A stretch of DNA of 64,000 nucleotides from Antedon mediterranea (lineage: Eukaryota > Animalia > Echinodermata), in contig NC_092670.1 in NCBI RefSeq assembly GCF_964355755.1, positions 21,066,795-21,130,794 of the forward strand, written 5' to 3'. Below, one piece after another: positions 1 to 16,500 of this stretch. Numbering within the stretch: the stretch's first letter is position 1; every line of letters begins with the position of its first letter. The translations under genes were made by a program, and so were the position numbers. Below the pieces are notes generated by a model. The model searched no databases, was not told the DNA's origin, and saw nothing but the letters and a program-made list of their open reading frames with translations.

Positions 1-261
1 ACTCTTATTGCCTTGGGGATTTTAAGCTGTTGGTCCAATGACCATCAAAAGTAAATACACAACAAATGACTGGGTACACTATTAAAACAGAAATGGTAGA
101 TGCTGCTCTCAGTTTGAATGTATTTCCTATGTCACTTTTAACAAAGCTCCTTACATCACAAAACCAATACATCAACAATTAGAAAGTATAGAAAATGTAT
201 AAAAAAGTGGAATATTCAGTTAAATGTTTAAATTAAATTAAATGACAACTGCACAACTGAC

Positions 262-2776
<2,515 letters not shown>

Positions 2777-4585
2777 CTTGGTTTATTACATGTCACGTCT
2801 ATATGAAAATGAGGGAATTTCATTACTCAATTAAAAAAAAAAATTCATTACATAATTTCATAAAGAGTAACAAAATGATTTTAACAAATTCAACAGTCAA
2901 ATAAATAACAATTAACTTAACAGGAAAAAAAATGATACAATTAAAAAAAGTGCTTACAAAACCTATATTTCAAACTAAAAATTTTAAATGGAGAGTTATT
3001 TATTATGAAATGTTATATTCTAACCGAGAAGTAAGCTAGGCCTGGAAAGCCCACACATAGGACAACATATAGATAGAACACACTGCCTCCGACACGGCGT
3101 GAAAATGCCGATGCGATATGCCAATGAATAAGTGGCCTAGTAGGCCTAGGCCTAGCTTATATGTGACAAATAACGTTACAAAATCGAATTAAAATATAAT
3201 TTTTGTATCATTTACACTGCATTAAAATCAAGAACAATTCTTCACACTTTTATTAAGAAATTAATATGACATTAATGATAAAATATTAACTTTCGTTAAC
3301 TATAACTTACCGTAACATGGAATCGATGAGTAATTTTTCTCACGTAACACACATTCGACCTGACCCATGACCTCAACTCCTTTTTATTTTTTGCGCGCTT
3401 ATAAAAATGGCCACACAAGTTTTTTTTAATGATTACAGTATTTAAAACATATAATTATTTCTCTAATTACATTAGTGAAAATAATGATTAGTAAATCTAA
3501 ATTTAAAAGTTTCAAATTATTACCGGCTTTTCAAATACATTGACCTTTATTTATGGACTATACCATTACAAATTTTAATTCGGTGTTCTCTCCTCCTCCC
3601 TTTGAGTAAAATGAACGATTCGCTAATTTGCATATTTATACTTTAAAAAAGTATGGTAAACAGTTATTGCTGTACTTCTAAAGAGTAAAACACAGGTAAC
3701 ATATTGATAATTCAATGTTTTACTTTTATAATTTTATTCATTTTCAAAAATACAAGTATTGCATGTGGTTATCTACAGTTTATATTAGGTACATGTGTAT
3801 TTTGGGATAGAAATCTGGATATAGAGTAGGATTGTCTGAACAAAAGAATGTGAATGAAATGGAAATAGTCCTAATCTATTCAAATTAAATATATGTATCT
3901 ATCTCTAAAAACCTCCACACCAGTTTTAATAAATCAGATACCAAAATATATTAAATCATTATATTTAATTATTATATGTCTAAAGATTCATCATCATCAT
4001 CTACCTTTATTGTGTATAACCTCATGAGAAAATTATTTAAATTCATTCATAATCATATGATATTTTTCTCTTACAAATGTAACAATTTAAAATATAAAGC
4101 ATTTTTTTGGTAAGATGCTAGAAGACAAGAATCATTGAATTGATAAAACCTATAATAGAAACTTTAATTGATTATCAATTAATTAGAAATAATGTTAATT
4201 AGTTGTCATTCTATATTTAGAATAACATTTATACCTCTTTATGTTATAAATAAATGTTTTTAATTTGTACCATTAATATATCGTTGTATCATATCATCAA
4301 TTAACAATAACAATAAGAAAACAACAATTATTTACCCATCCTATAAACCATAAGCACCAAATTGCCAATAGAAAATCGATTAAACACTAATTACCAACAA
4401 AATCAAGGTGATATAGACAATTTATATTGCTTTATTTATCATTATCAATGCACAACAAAACAATACATAATATATTAATATATTGCAATAAAATAAACAT
4501 ATATACACATAATTCTCCACAATTATCCTAATAAAATAGATTTTTATATATTTATTTATTACTATTTATATATTTGTTTGCTCAT

Positions 4586-7500
4586 TTAGTTTTGCTCTAG
4601 TGGTTTTTCAGCAGGAATTTGATTTGACTGTTCAGTGACTAGGTTTTCCATGCAAGCAGATGGAAGCTGTGCCTCTACTACCCTGTATCCCTCTGGAGAT
4701 GATGGCGGCCTAGGAGATTTGGATGACCTTCCACTGAGCGGTCGTGGGTGGTTCTGCTTGGCTGATGGTGAGCGACTGGCTTGTCGCGCAGATACTGGTC
4801 GGGTTGAGCGACTTGACTTGGCACTCTAAAACAAATTTAAAAACTTATTTTATTGAAAACGTAAATTACTGAGCCTGCTCTATTCCAAGTTTGAACAATG
4901 GCATCTGGATTTCACAAAGTTTCTGCCAATTAAAAGTAATACAACTAGGTAAAAGTTCAAGAATCATGTTTTAAGATACATGGTTACAAGGAAAACACAG
5001 TAAATAGTCAGTGGCGTAACATCATCTATGAGCACTCACGGCTATATCGAGGGGCCCTGGAACTTATGGGGGGGGGGGGGGCCAGAGGAAAAAACTGGCA
5101 TTAAAATATGACGAAAAGGGCTAAAAATGGAGGGCCACTTAAAGCTAAACCAGGGGCATCAGGTCCCTACGTTACGCCACTGTAAATAGTATTCTGATGA
5201 CATTTATGTGATAAATGATTATGACCACAAACTCTTACCTTAGGGGTAGCAAGGTCTGGTAATCGGTCCGTGTCTTGTCGACCTTTGTAAATATGACCAT
5301 CTTGTCCCTGAATTTCATGTTCAACTCTGTAGACAAATATTTATTTTGATGAAAAAGATTCCAACTTCAAAATATATAAACAAATTATTAGCAATGGTTG
5401 TTAAAATTATTTATATTGAGTTAAAAAATGACTTACTTGACAGCAGGTACAAATTCTTGAATTACTTGAACTCCTTGACTGAGAAATAAAAGACAACATT
5501 TACTTTGAGAAGATAAAGCATACGAGGCATATAATGTGTGTGATTGCGTTTTGTTTGAACCTTAGTTAATATTATGGCTCCTCCCACTCAGGCTTGACTT
5601 CTGGAGGTTGTCACCTTCTTTTGCTTTCAATTTTTAATTATACAGAAATATATCAAAATAGAAATTTTGACATTCTTGATTAAAGTAATGATTCGTACAT
5701 TACATATTTATTTTTTAAACCTTATTATTACGTTTTATTGTTATTATTGATTATGTTTCCATCTCTTCTGCAATTGAAGGAAATAAATGTTTATTTTGAT
5801 TTGATTTGTTTGTTTGCTTGTTTGTTCATTTTTATACTGGGTGACCTCTTCAGTCAAAGACTGATCTCCCAGAGGACCCAGTTGGTGATCAGTGGCTGTG
5901 ATGTACTAATACATCGGGGTAACCCCCTACTCGTCTCGAAAGATGTACTAGGTTCTTTAAAGTGCAAACGAGCTAGTTGTGTACACTGGACCTACGGTTT
6001 ATAGTCCTAGTCCGAGAAGGCTCGTTCTACCACCAGAACCATGGAGTGAGTGAGCCTCGAACCCTTGCCGATGTTATGGCTACGTAATTACGGTTCCACT
6101 GTCTTAACCGCTCGGCCACTCACTCATTTGAAGTATGTATGTGTGTGCATGTTCATCAAGTTTACTGAGCTTTAATGTACTGGCAGTTTAAACAAGACAG
6201 AATAAACTTACTTAAGATGTGGTATTCTGTTTGTCCGTCTGTGAGGGTAAGTCAATGTGTGGGTACCACCACAACTTCTTGATGCTGCAAAGTACGCAGG
6301 AACGTCTTGGTAATTTGTACTACAAATATAAAGAAAAGTTAAGTTAAGCAGAATCAACAATTTCAATTGTACATCAAGGAAAAAAGATGAAAAATACATT
6401 ATAGTATAATTTATTTCACCTTATAAATTATATGATGTGAGCAAAATAACATTTTGTTGATAATGGATAAAGTTGTCCAGTTTTCACAAGAAAAGGGAAC
6501 AACCACCTCTGTTCAAGCCACTTGGTTGTCAAAGGCCCCTGTGAAAATGTGGTCAGGTTGAAATCTTACCATCCGTACTGGTGGCGGATGTTTAGGTGTG
6601 AAAAGTGACTCATAAAAAAGTTGCTGATGTGCTTTTGGTACTTGTTCATGATAAATAAACAACTTTTAATTGTATATCCTGGTGAGTGTAGGTTTTACTA
6701 ACGCCAAAACCCAAGTATCACTCCCCTATAACTTCATAACTACTGTACATGCACAACACAGAAAAAGTAGAAACAGGATATTTATCGGATGACAGTCAAA
6801 AAGATGCACACAAAGGTGATATGTGCCAATGAAAAAAAGTAGAAACCGGATGGTAAGAAATAAAATAGTGTATTATGGTGATCGGGAGGGTACATCTTTA
6901 TTGAGTGTAGATTTAGTGAGGGAAAACCAAGCGCATGAACATCTTACCTCCATTTACTTCAGATAAAATAGAATGAAAATAAGAAAGAAAAAATTAAATA
7001 AATAAATGAAATAATTTGTAACATGTAGTAAAAATGTTTAATGATATCAATAACTGATATTATGTAAATGTTGATACCACATACAATGTTATGTTACAAA
7101 CGATGTGTTACTATCATTAGAAAATGTGCTAAATATTTGGGTTTAATAGAAAAAATTAGGATAGTTTTTCATGGTGTTAACTGTTATGTATAGAAACATA
7201 AAGATAATTAAGGTCTTTTTTATATTTATGGTAATTATTAAGGTTAATATTCACAGCATACAAAACAATTTTGTATATTTTTATATCTTATTATGTATTT
7301 CTTAAAAATTGTATTTCGTATGTTATTAATATTATGAATAAAGCTCTGTCTACACTATCAAACTATATGTGACAACAAAATGAGAAGTGCCCGTATATGG
7401 ACATGATGATGTCGTATCACTACCAAATTTAAGCATATCACTACCATATTTGAACTAGTTTGATAGTGTAGACAGAGCTTAAGAACAAATATTATTATTT

Positions 7501-10500
7501 TAAACTGGAATCCATTAACTAACAGCATGAAAATTAAATTGTTATTGACACATTCAAAAGTTTACAAAGTTCCAAAATATTGTTGAAATATAATGAAGTA
7601 AATAAAAACAATATCTTTATTCCATGATTGTGAGATGTGCATATTAAAAACTCAGAATGGCAAGCTTCACAGCATATGTGGAAGTAAAAACCAATGTCAG
7701 CTACTACCTGGTCTCCTGAGCTTTCACTTTTAAAAATTCTGCCATTTGTTTTGTGTGTTTTAGTTTCATTACTTCACCAGGAATGGTGTTTGTGGATTGT
7801 TCCATTGGGAACAAAGGGTGGTCTCCAGACGTTGACAGAGGGGGTAGATTTCTTTGATGAAAGTAGGATAATAGGATAAAGAAATTTATAATAATTAAAT
7901 TTACTGATCGTTGCTTAGTAAGTCATTAAAAAGTATTTAAAATGACAAAAAAGATACACTAGTTTCTTGCTGTTTGGTTTGTATGTTTTTTAAAGAGAAT
8001 ACGTGAATGTAAATATATATTTATGTGTTGGTTTCTGCAAAAAAAATATTACACTTAAAATTAAACATAACTACCCCCTGAAAACAACCACTGGATCCCT
8101 TTACAACTTGATGTAGACATGTGTGTAAATAATGTTTTGAATATGTGTATAGTATATTTATGTATGTTCATATACTGTACATTTTAGTAAACTAAACACA
8201 GTATATTAACAATAAAAAATAAAGTAGTATTATAGTTAAGATGCTTGCTTAAAAATTACAAGTTTCTGGTTGTAATCCTGCTTCATATAACTAAAAACCT
8301 ATACTAAAAAACCCTGTTTTTGTGTATCTTTAACAATACCTGTAGATTGAGCATATTAACACTAACTCTGTCTTTCTAGCCTAACCTGATAAAAGACTGT
8401 GGAGTGCCTAATCCACCAATTCTGCTAGTACTTGTATAGCCTCCTCCTTCCTGACTAAAATGAACTAAATATGCTAACAAGTCCTGCTTTCGTTGCTTAG
8501 CAACCTGTTGTGTAAACAGCGACCTCTGATAGTGCTGTACATTCTTGCCTGGCTTTGTACTACAATAAATAAGTTTGCATTTGTAAAGCAAAGTACACTA
8601 AGTTTATTCTCATTTAAAAACAATCAATATAATAAACCAAAAAGTTCAATAAATTACCACTTACTTTTTTTGAGCTGCTCTAATTTGCTCAAGTTCAAAG
8701 GTTGTATATGGACGGCCTGACCGGTTACCGGGAAGTGCTTTTGACTCTGGTAAAGATGCGATAGGTCTGAAAGGAAAGTATATAAGTTTTAATGGAGAGA
8801 CAGCCAAGCCATGTCTTGCCGTTTGGACCACAAAATGGAGAATTGTTGTTCATCTTACCCATGTGTTGCTATGTCAAGAGGTCGGTCACATGATATACAA
8901 TTGAATTTCTGCATTAAAGGTCTACAAAAAAAAAGAATGAAAGAGATTATATACACAAAAATGACATGAAAATACACAAAATAATTAAGTTAGTTAAAAT
9001 GTTAAAAATTGATGGTGAATAATAGTCATACTTTCTAAAACCAGCTGCTTCTTCTCCTATAAGGTCCGACTCCTTAGGAACCATTTTAGCGCTTGCTACT
9101 TTAATTCGTTTGTCCAAGTATGTTTTCAATGGGTCAAGCTCCATACGGTCAAGTTTGTTATCTATGTCCACTTTCATCTCACTGACTGCATCTTCCCAAG
9201 CATTTTGCTGAAGAAAAATAGGGAGAAGCCTTTTAATAATAGTCTGTGACTGAATAAATCTTGGAATAGTCCAAAATTGAAGAAACATGAAGAGAAACTT
9301 GATTGAGAGATCAAGACTTTTAACGTCACTTACGTGTCCAGATATCTTGTGCATAACCTCTTGTAAGTTCTTTGACAGTTCATCAACAGTGCCCTCAAAC
9401 TGCGCTCGACTTATTTTGTTGTCTAAAGCCCTTTTGTCTGCTTTCTATGGGTAAATAAAAACAACATTCATAATGTCACACATGGCATAGCTAATATAAT
9501 TTCTGGATAATTAGTCTCATTTAGATTGATACTACATGAATCAGAAGAGATACTTTCACTTACCACATCTATTTCCATAATAACATGTTCTTTGTCAGCC
9601 TTAAATTCTTGCAGACGATCAATGTATGTGTATAATGCCTGCGGTAAAACAAAATAAAGTTTTAATACTTTTATAAATAACTATTATTCTTTGAAATCAA
9701 AATTGTTAAAGTAAGATAAAGAATGAACAAGAGAGAATTGTTCTACCAACCTCATGAGGAAGAGACTTCAAAACTACCAATTTGTGGACAAATTTCTAAT
9801 TTATTACCTCAATGTTTAACTCAAACAAATAAGCTATCTAAATTTAAGGAAAAAATCAGGTTTCAGAAACTTACATCAATATGTTTCTGTTTAGCAGTGT
9901 GTTCATCTACCAGATGTATCAGTGTACTGTTTAACTTCTCAACTTCTGCTTGCAGTTGTAATAAAACACCTTGCATGTTTGTAATAGATTCACTATCCTG
10001 TAAAAAGAGGAATACAAATAGAAAAAAAAGAAAAGAACACATCTCCACCAAAGCTAAGCTTTCATTTTCACCTACAGACTAAGAAGGTTTGATTTTTTAC
10101 TACTTGATTAAAATAATATAATTTACTAGAATCTCTTACTCTAAAACTACTTCCAACTATTCTAAATTATCTTAGGTATCTTCCACAATTTAAAGCCTAA
10201 ATGAAACATATCCCTAACAACCACCCTATCCCTCATTATTCAACTATGCTATCCTTCCTTCCTTTCTGGCCTACCATAAGCTCTCCTACTGGTGTGACTA
10301 CAGGGCTAATTTCTGATGTTATTCCTTCTAATGAGTTAAGTTGCTTTCTAATACTGGCTATACTCTTGCTGATAGGCCTCAGCTGACTAGTGAACTCTGA
10401 CGAGATCATCTGGATCTTGTTGTCAAGGAGTTGAAGGATGTCATCTTTAAATCCAAGCTGTTGTAGATGCTGGAACTACCCATCAGAACATAAAATGTCA

Positions 10501-13500
10501 TCAATAATTATCATCAAAAGGCATATCATAAGTACTGGTTTTTTAATGCGAGATGATACAAACGCATTTTTTTCATATTACAGTATAACTGCTGTAGATT
10601 AGACCTATAGATTTCTGATATTATGCTGTACTGTAATGAATTAGAAATTTAAGGTAAACATTTAGCTTACTTAGCATAAAAATTAGTTTTTACAATAAAG
10701 TGGTTGATTATTTGCTCATGAATTAAAACTAAAACAGACATAGATTATTAGGGCCTTTTATACTAATTCATCCAATCATTCTTTGTCCAAATGAATCTTA
10801 AATCTCATATTATTAAGTGATTATCACATATTGTAATTCATAAATTTTCTAGCCTAAGGTAGTTTGTGGTTTTATCTAATTACCCTAGCATCCATTTCAG
10901 CCGATAGTTGCTCCTTCGTTTCGTTAACTATTGCCAGGATTTCCTCTATAGCCTGACTAGAATCACTAGAATCTTTCATTTTGGAGTGAAGATCTTGTAC
11001 AGAAGCCTGCATTTATGTGTCACAAAGTATAATTAGAGGTACTGTACAATAATTAGAAAATGCAGTTTCCCTCAAAATAAAGACCACTTATCTATGCCCT
11101 AGACAGACAAACAACCCTGACTATTGTTTTTCAAACCCTACTCCCAAAAGTGTTTTATTTTGGAGGGAAACTTTACAAGATTAAATAATATGATGAAATA
11201 CTTCTATTGGTATCCACAGCACAGTCAAGTGTACTGCAGTTACATTAGTGTATTACGGTTTTTACAGTACTGCAGTAACTGTTGAAAAAGACGATAAAAT
11301 GAGCAGACAGTTACTAATAGCGTATCAGACGAAACTGATACTTTTAATCCAAACATCTGGTTAATGATCAATTACTGCTGTTATTGAATCTATTTGTGTA
11401 TTGGAGAAGAAATGATTAAGTAATTTGAAGATGTAATTCATCTCTTTTATGTTTACAAAAGAATATAATGTAAAGAAACCCATATCATCTAAATTTCATG
11501 AACACATTGTCTGCTGGAATATAAAAGTTTCAAGTTTTAGAGCATTTTTTTTGTAACCTAAATAAGCGTATGGTAACAAGAATGAATGTCATCTGAACCA
11601 TGATTCACCTTGCACTCTTAAGCTCTGTTAACACTATCAAACTAGTTTGAAAAAAAAAAATGTGCCCAAATATGGTAGTGATATGATGTCATCATGTCCA
11701 TATATGTTAGTGAAATGCCCAAATATGGTATGATATATACATAATCATGTCCATATTATGGGCACATCACATTTTCTGTCACATAAAGTTTGATAGTGTA
11801 GACTGAGATATATGCTTTGATGAAGTTTCATATTCAAAAGTTTAATTATGACAACCACTTTTACCTTTACTTGGTTCTTTGAAATTGCTTCCAATCGTTC
11901 TTTGAGAGAAGCAAGCTGATTGGCTAAGTCTTCGGGGACGCCTTGTCTATTTGATAACATTTCTTCAATTACCGAAAGATCAGCTTTATTCGGCATGGTT
12001 TCCTGAGTAAAAATGAAACAAAAAATACTAGTTAAGATTACTTTAGTAAAAAACTTACACTTAATTGTTATCACGTTCTTACTTATGCATGATAATGTGA
12101 TTATTTCAATTTCTTTACCTCTAAATTTTTCACCCTGTTGTCCAATTGGTCATGATCGCCACGCAGTTCACCAATATTTTTTAGAATTTCTTGAATTTCA
12201 CGAGATGGATGTGCAGAATGGACTGAGCTTGCTGTTCCAGGCCTTGATGTCGGGATTGGGGAGGGAGAGATGCTTTGAGGTTCTGGGGTCTGGAAGATAA
12301 ATCAGTTTATTCATTAAACAGAAGACTATAAAATAGAACATTATTAAAATGTGATTGTGCATGAATATCTATACAAATACAATTTAAACATTACTTCTTT
12401 TAAAGCCATATGGAGTTATCATAATATGATAAGTTTGAATTGCAGTTTGTATTTGTATATAATATTATATATATATTTGTAGATAGTATTAGGTATAAAA
12501 TAGGAAGGGAAAGTTACAGTAAATATGCATTTATTATACAAAATAAATATATTCTTTTAAATTAAAATGTTTTACCATTATATGTTTATCAAAGAAAGGT
12601 TACTTTTCAGGTTTGAATGAGGATAGGGGTTGTATTGTTTGTTTTCTGTAAATTATTATGTATCATGTTTTATATTCCATTATCATATAAATTGAGTGCC
12701 ACTGATATAAATGGTTTATGTCAATATATATTATTAGTATACGTTAAGCATGCAAACGCTAAGCAGATGGTATTTCATTAATTATTATTGCTGTAAGCAA
12801 AGTATGAAAAGAGAATGATATTCAATAAAAAAGAATGAAAATAAACAAATAGATAAAATAGTGTTAAAATATAGCTGACAATATGAAAATTGCTGATTGT
12901 CTCATTAAGGGAAACATTTCCATGGTTACCAACAATACTGCTGTGCTAAATTTAACTAAAATGAAGTAGAAGAAGCAAATTAATGTGAAGACCTTGACGG
13001 TAATAAGCAATTATTATGATCTATTACCAGAGACTTTTAAATGTAAAATTTATAGAAAGAGTCAAATTAAAGTACACAGGTTAGGTTAAGGGTCCTTTAT
13101 TTCTCAATAGCATCTGCTCTGCTAGTTGCGTCATTACCAGCTCATATCCTTTTTGGATAGTGGACCAAACTATTACCAAAAACTAACAAAACAACAGTAC
13201 TGCACACCATGCAGCATTGTACTGTATATACTGTATGAACCATGTCAAACTGCCAACATTTTTCACATTACATTATTAATATTACTGTACAACATAACAA
13301 AGAACACACAATACCAGAGTTAGAAAGTGAGCAAGCAGGAAGAGGGGTGGGATAGGAAGACATTTATTTCAGTGTGCTAAAACTGCATACTTGAACACAA
13401 CATATACACTGCACATACAAAAGCTCTGCTAATTTTTCAGGCATTTTTTAAAAAACATTTTACCTTTGTCTGAACATGGACATCATTTGTAGACATAGTT

Positions 13501-16500
13501 TGAAATGTAGTTGACTGGAAATCAAATTTGTTTATCAAAAGAATTGATTAAAATATCTAGCTTTCAGACTATTCCATTATGATAACTAAAACTTTCAAAG
13601 ATTCCATTCCATGAGAAAAAAAATGGATTTTACGTATTGTATACGTATAAATACAGTATCAGAATAGTAGACGATAGATCACTGCAAAGAAGTTAAGCAC
13701 ACAGTGTTCTATGGTAGGAGTTTGAACATACCTCACGAACCGGAACTGTCTGTGACGTGTTGTCATAGACTGAGACAGGCTCAGTGTGAATTCCCTTCAG
13801 AGCATCCTCCATTGCAGGCCATGTTACAATGGTTGATGGGTCCGGCCATACATTCAACTTGTTATTAAAGTCATTCTGTGAATTAAGATGTTAGCAGATA
13901 AATCTTAATTAATCAAGAATCATAATATTAATAGAGTTAGGTAGCCAAGTGGTTAGGACACTTGACTGTCATACAGAGAGACTCCCAGTTTACTCAGATG
14001 TAAATAAGTACTTGGTTGAAAATACTAGGTAGGATAAGGTGGTATGGAAAGGAACTGGCCACCCTACCACATAAAGCCGAGTCTTAGTAAAATGAGCTCC
14101 CAACAGCTCATTACCCTACGTTAAAAAATAAAAATTGGACTTACCTTTATCTTTTTTACTATTAATGCTTATTTTAGAAAATATGGAGATTATACTGACA
14201 TTTCATTACTAGTGTTTATCTTGCCTGGTATATATTTTATGGACATTTCTACAGCAATATTACAGTATGTAACCTACTGTGTATTAAATATTTCAAATCT
14301 CACCTTCTCATTTGAAATGATTTTTAAACTTACCAAAAGGGATTGTAATTCTTGTATCTTGTCATTTGACGACGAAGATTCCTCTAATTTTCGTATTCTT
14401 TCATCAGCGCTATTACATTTATCTTCAACCTTAAAAAAAATCAAAATTTTTAAATTCAATGTGGTTAATTTCATTGAGAAAAAGGATCCATTTAAAGTAA
14501 TTTGAACTCAAATATACTGAATCGGCGAATTTGATTTAATCAAATACAAACCTTCATAATCATTATTATCAATCACATTATTTTTAGATTAAACAGATTA
14601 CTATAATTAATTGGCTTTAATTACTTAGGAAACGCACAATTAATTTAGTTTCTCATTATATTCCAGTACGCACCGTGATACAATGGGTCGCCATCTCAAA
14701 TTAATCAGTATTGTGATAGCTACTGTAAAAACCCACATTTTAATCAATTGATTTAATAAAAAAAAACTAAAGTACCTCTTTGATCAAGGATTTATAGTTA
14801 TCTAACTCTGATTTCCAATCTGAAGTTTGACTTTTAAGGTCATTGAACTCTGACATCATATGTTCCATCATGCTCATAAGCTGTAAGAATAGAAAAGAAT
14901 GATTACATGGTAAGTACAGTAAAAAAGGTACAGTATGTGACGACTTAATTTCTTGAGAAATAAAAATTATATATATATATATACTGTTATATATCCAATC
15001 TGCAGACAGTACTGTTTCGATCTTATTAGATCTCGTCAGTGCAGCTCAGGTGTCGAAATGAAATGTACCGCAGAACTGGCACAATATATAGGCTGAGCCA
15101 GGTATATGGGACATGGTACACTGATTATGAACACAAAGAGATATATATACAGGGTATATATGAAAATACTAGGTAGGAAGGTGACATTGACAATGACAAA
15201 GTAGTCCTCGTTGGTGATTTTAATTCTGATCCAAAGAAAAAATTTGGTAACGAATTGATTGATTTTTGCACTGAGTATAACTTGGTTATATCTGATTTGG
15301 AATACTTTGGTCATTACTCAGATACGTTTACTTATTTTAGTGATGCTCACAGTACCACAAGTTGGTTAGACCATGTTGTGAGCACTCATACTGTAGTTCC
15401 CATTCTCTGTTGTGTAATTTTATAGTTAATTATGATTGTACATGTGTTCTGATCACTTTCCTATTTCGTTTGACTATTTAGGGATTGATATTTGTGACGA
15501 TTGTAATGACAAGGGTGAAAATATGCATGAATCCTCAAAAATTACCAAAGTTAACTGGAATAATGTTAAGAGGGAGGATATAAACAATTTTAATGAGATA
15601 ACTGAATCCTTACCTAGTAACCTTACTCTCAATTGCGATGGTTTACTTTGTAATGATTCCTCATGTAAAGATGAATGCCATTGCAATGATATTAGTGATT
15701 TATATGACAATATTATTGAGTGTCTGAAAGTCAGTTTCGAGTGGTGTTTTAAGTCGACTAAAAATCAAAAAGTCAATGTTGTCCCTGGGTGAACGAGTAG
15801 CTGGATTTCATAAACATGCCCGGGAAGCATTTTTGAAGTGGCGTGGGTTGGGTAAACCCAGATATGGCCACATCTATGAACACATGAAAATCACTAGATC
15901 TAATTTCAAAAATGCCCTCAGAAAGTGTAAATCCAACGAAGAAATGCTAAGGGCGGACTCGATGGCCAAGTCTTTTGACGATAAGGACTATAATAGTTTC
16001 TGGGGTAAGGTTAAGAAATCCAGCTACGCCAATTCCCAGTCTAACATTATTGGTAGTGCTAAAGGGGAAAATGAAATTTGTGACCTATGGCGTCAACATT
16101 TCTCCGATTTATTTAATTGTATTGACTCATCTGAGCATAAGACTTTTGTTAAGGAAACTCTTGAAAACTGTACAGACGGTGAAATTGATGTTTCACCCCA
16201 TAATATTAAGCTATTAATTGACAAATTGCCCAATGCTAAAGCAGCGGGATATGATGGTCTATGCAATGAGCATTTCAAATTCGCTTCTGAGCGACTTAGT
16301 ATTATTTTAAGTGTATGTTTTAAGGCTATGTTTGTTCACGGGTTTGTTCCAAGTAATCTCACAAAAGTCACGCTTGTGCCGGTAATTAAATCTAAATCAG
16401 GGAATATCACTGATAAAGGGAATTATCGGCCAATAGCTTTGGCATGTGTAGCTTCTAAACTTCTAGAGTCTGTAATGATAAAACATTGTGGTAATTCACT

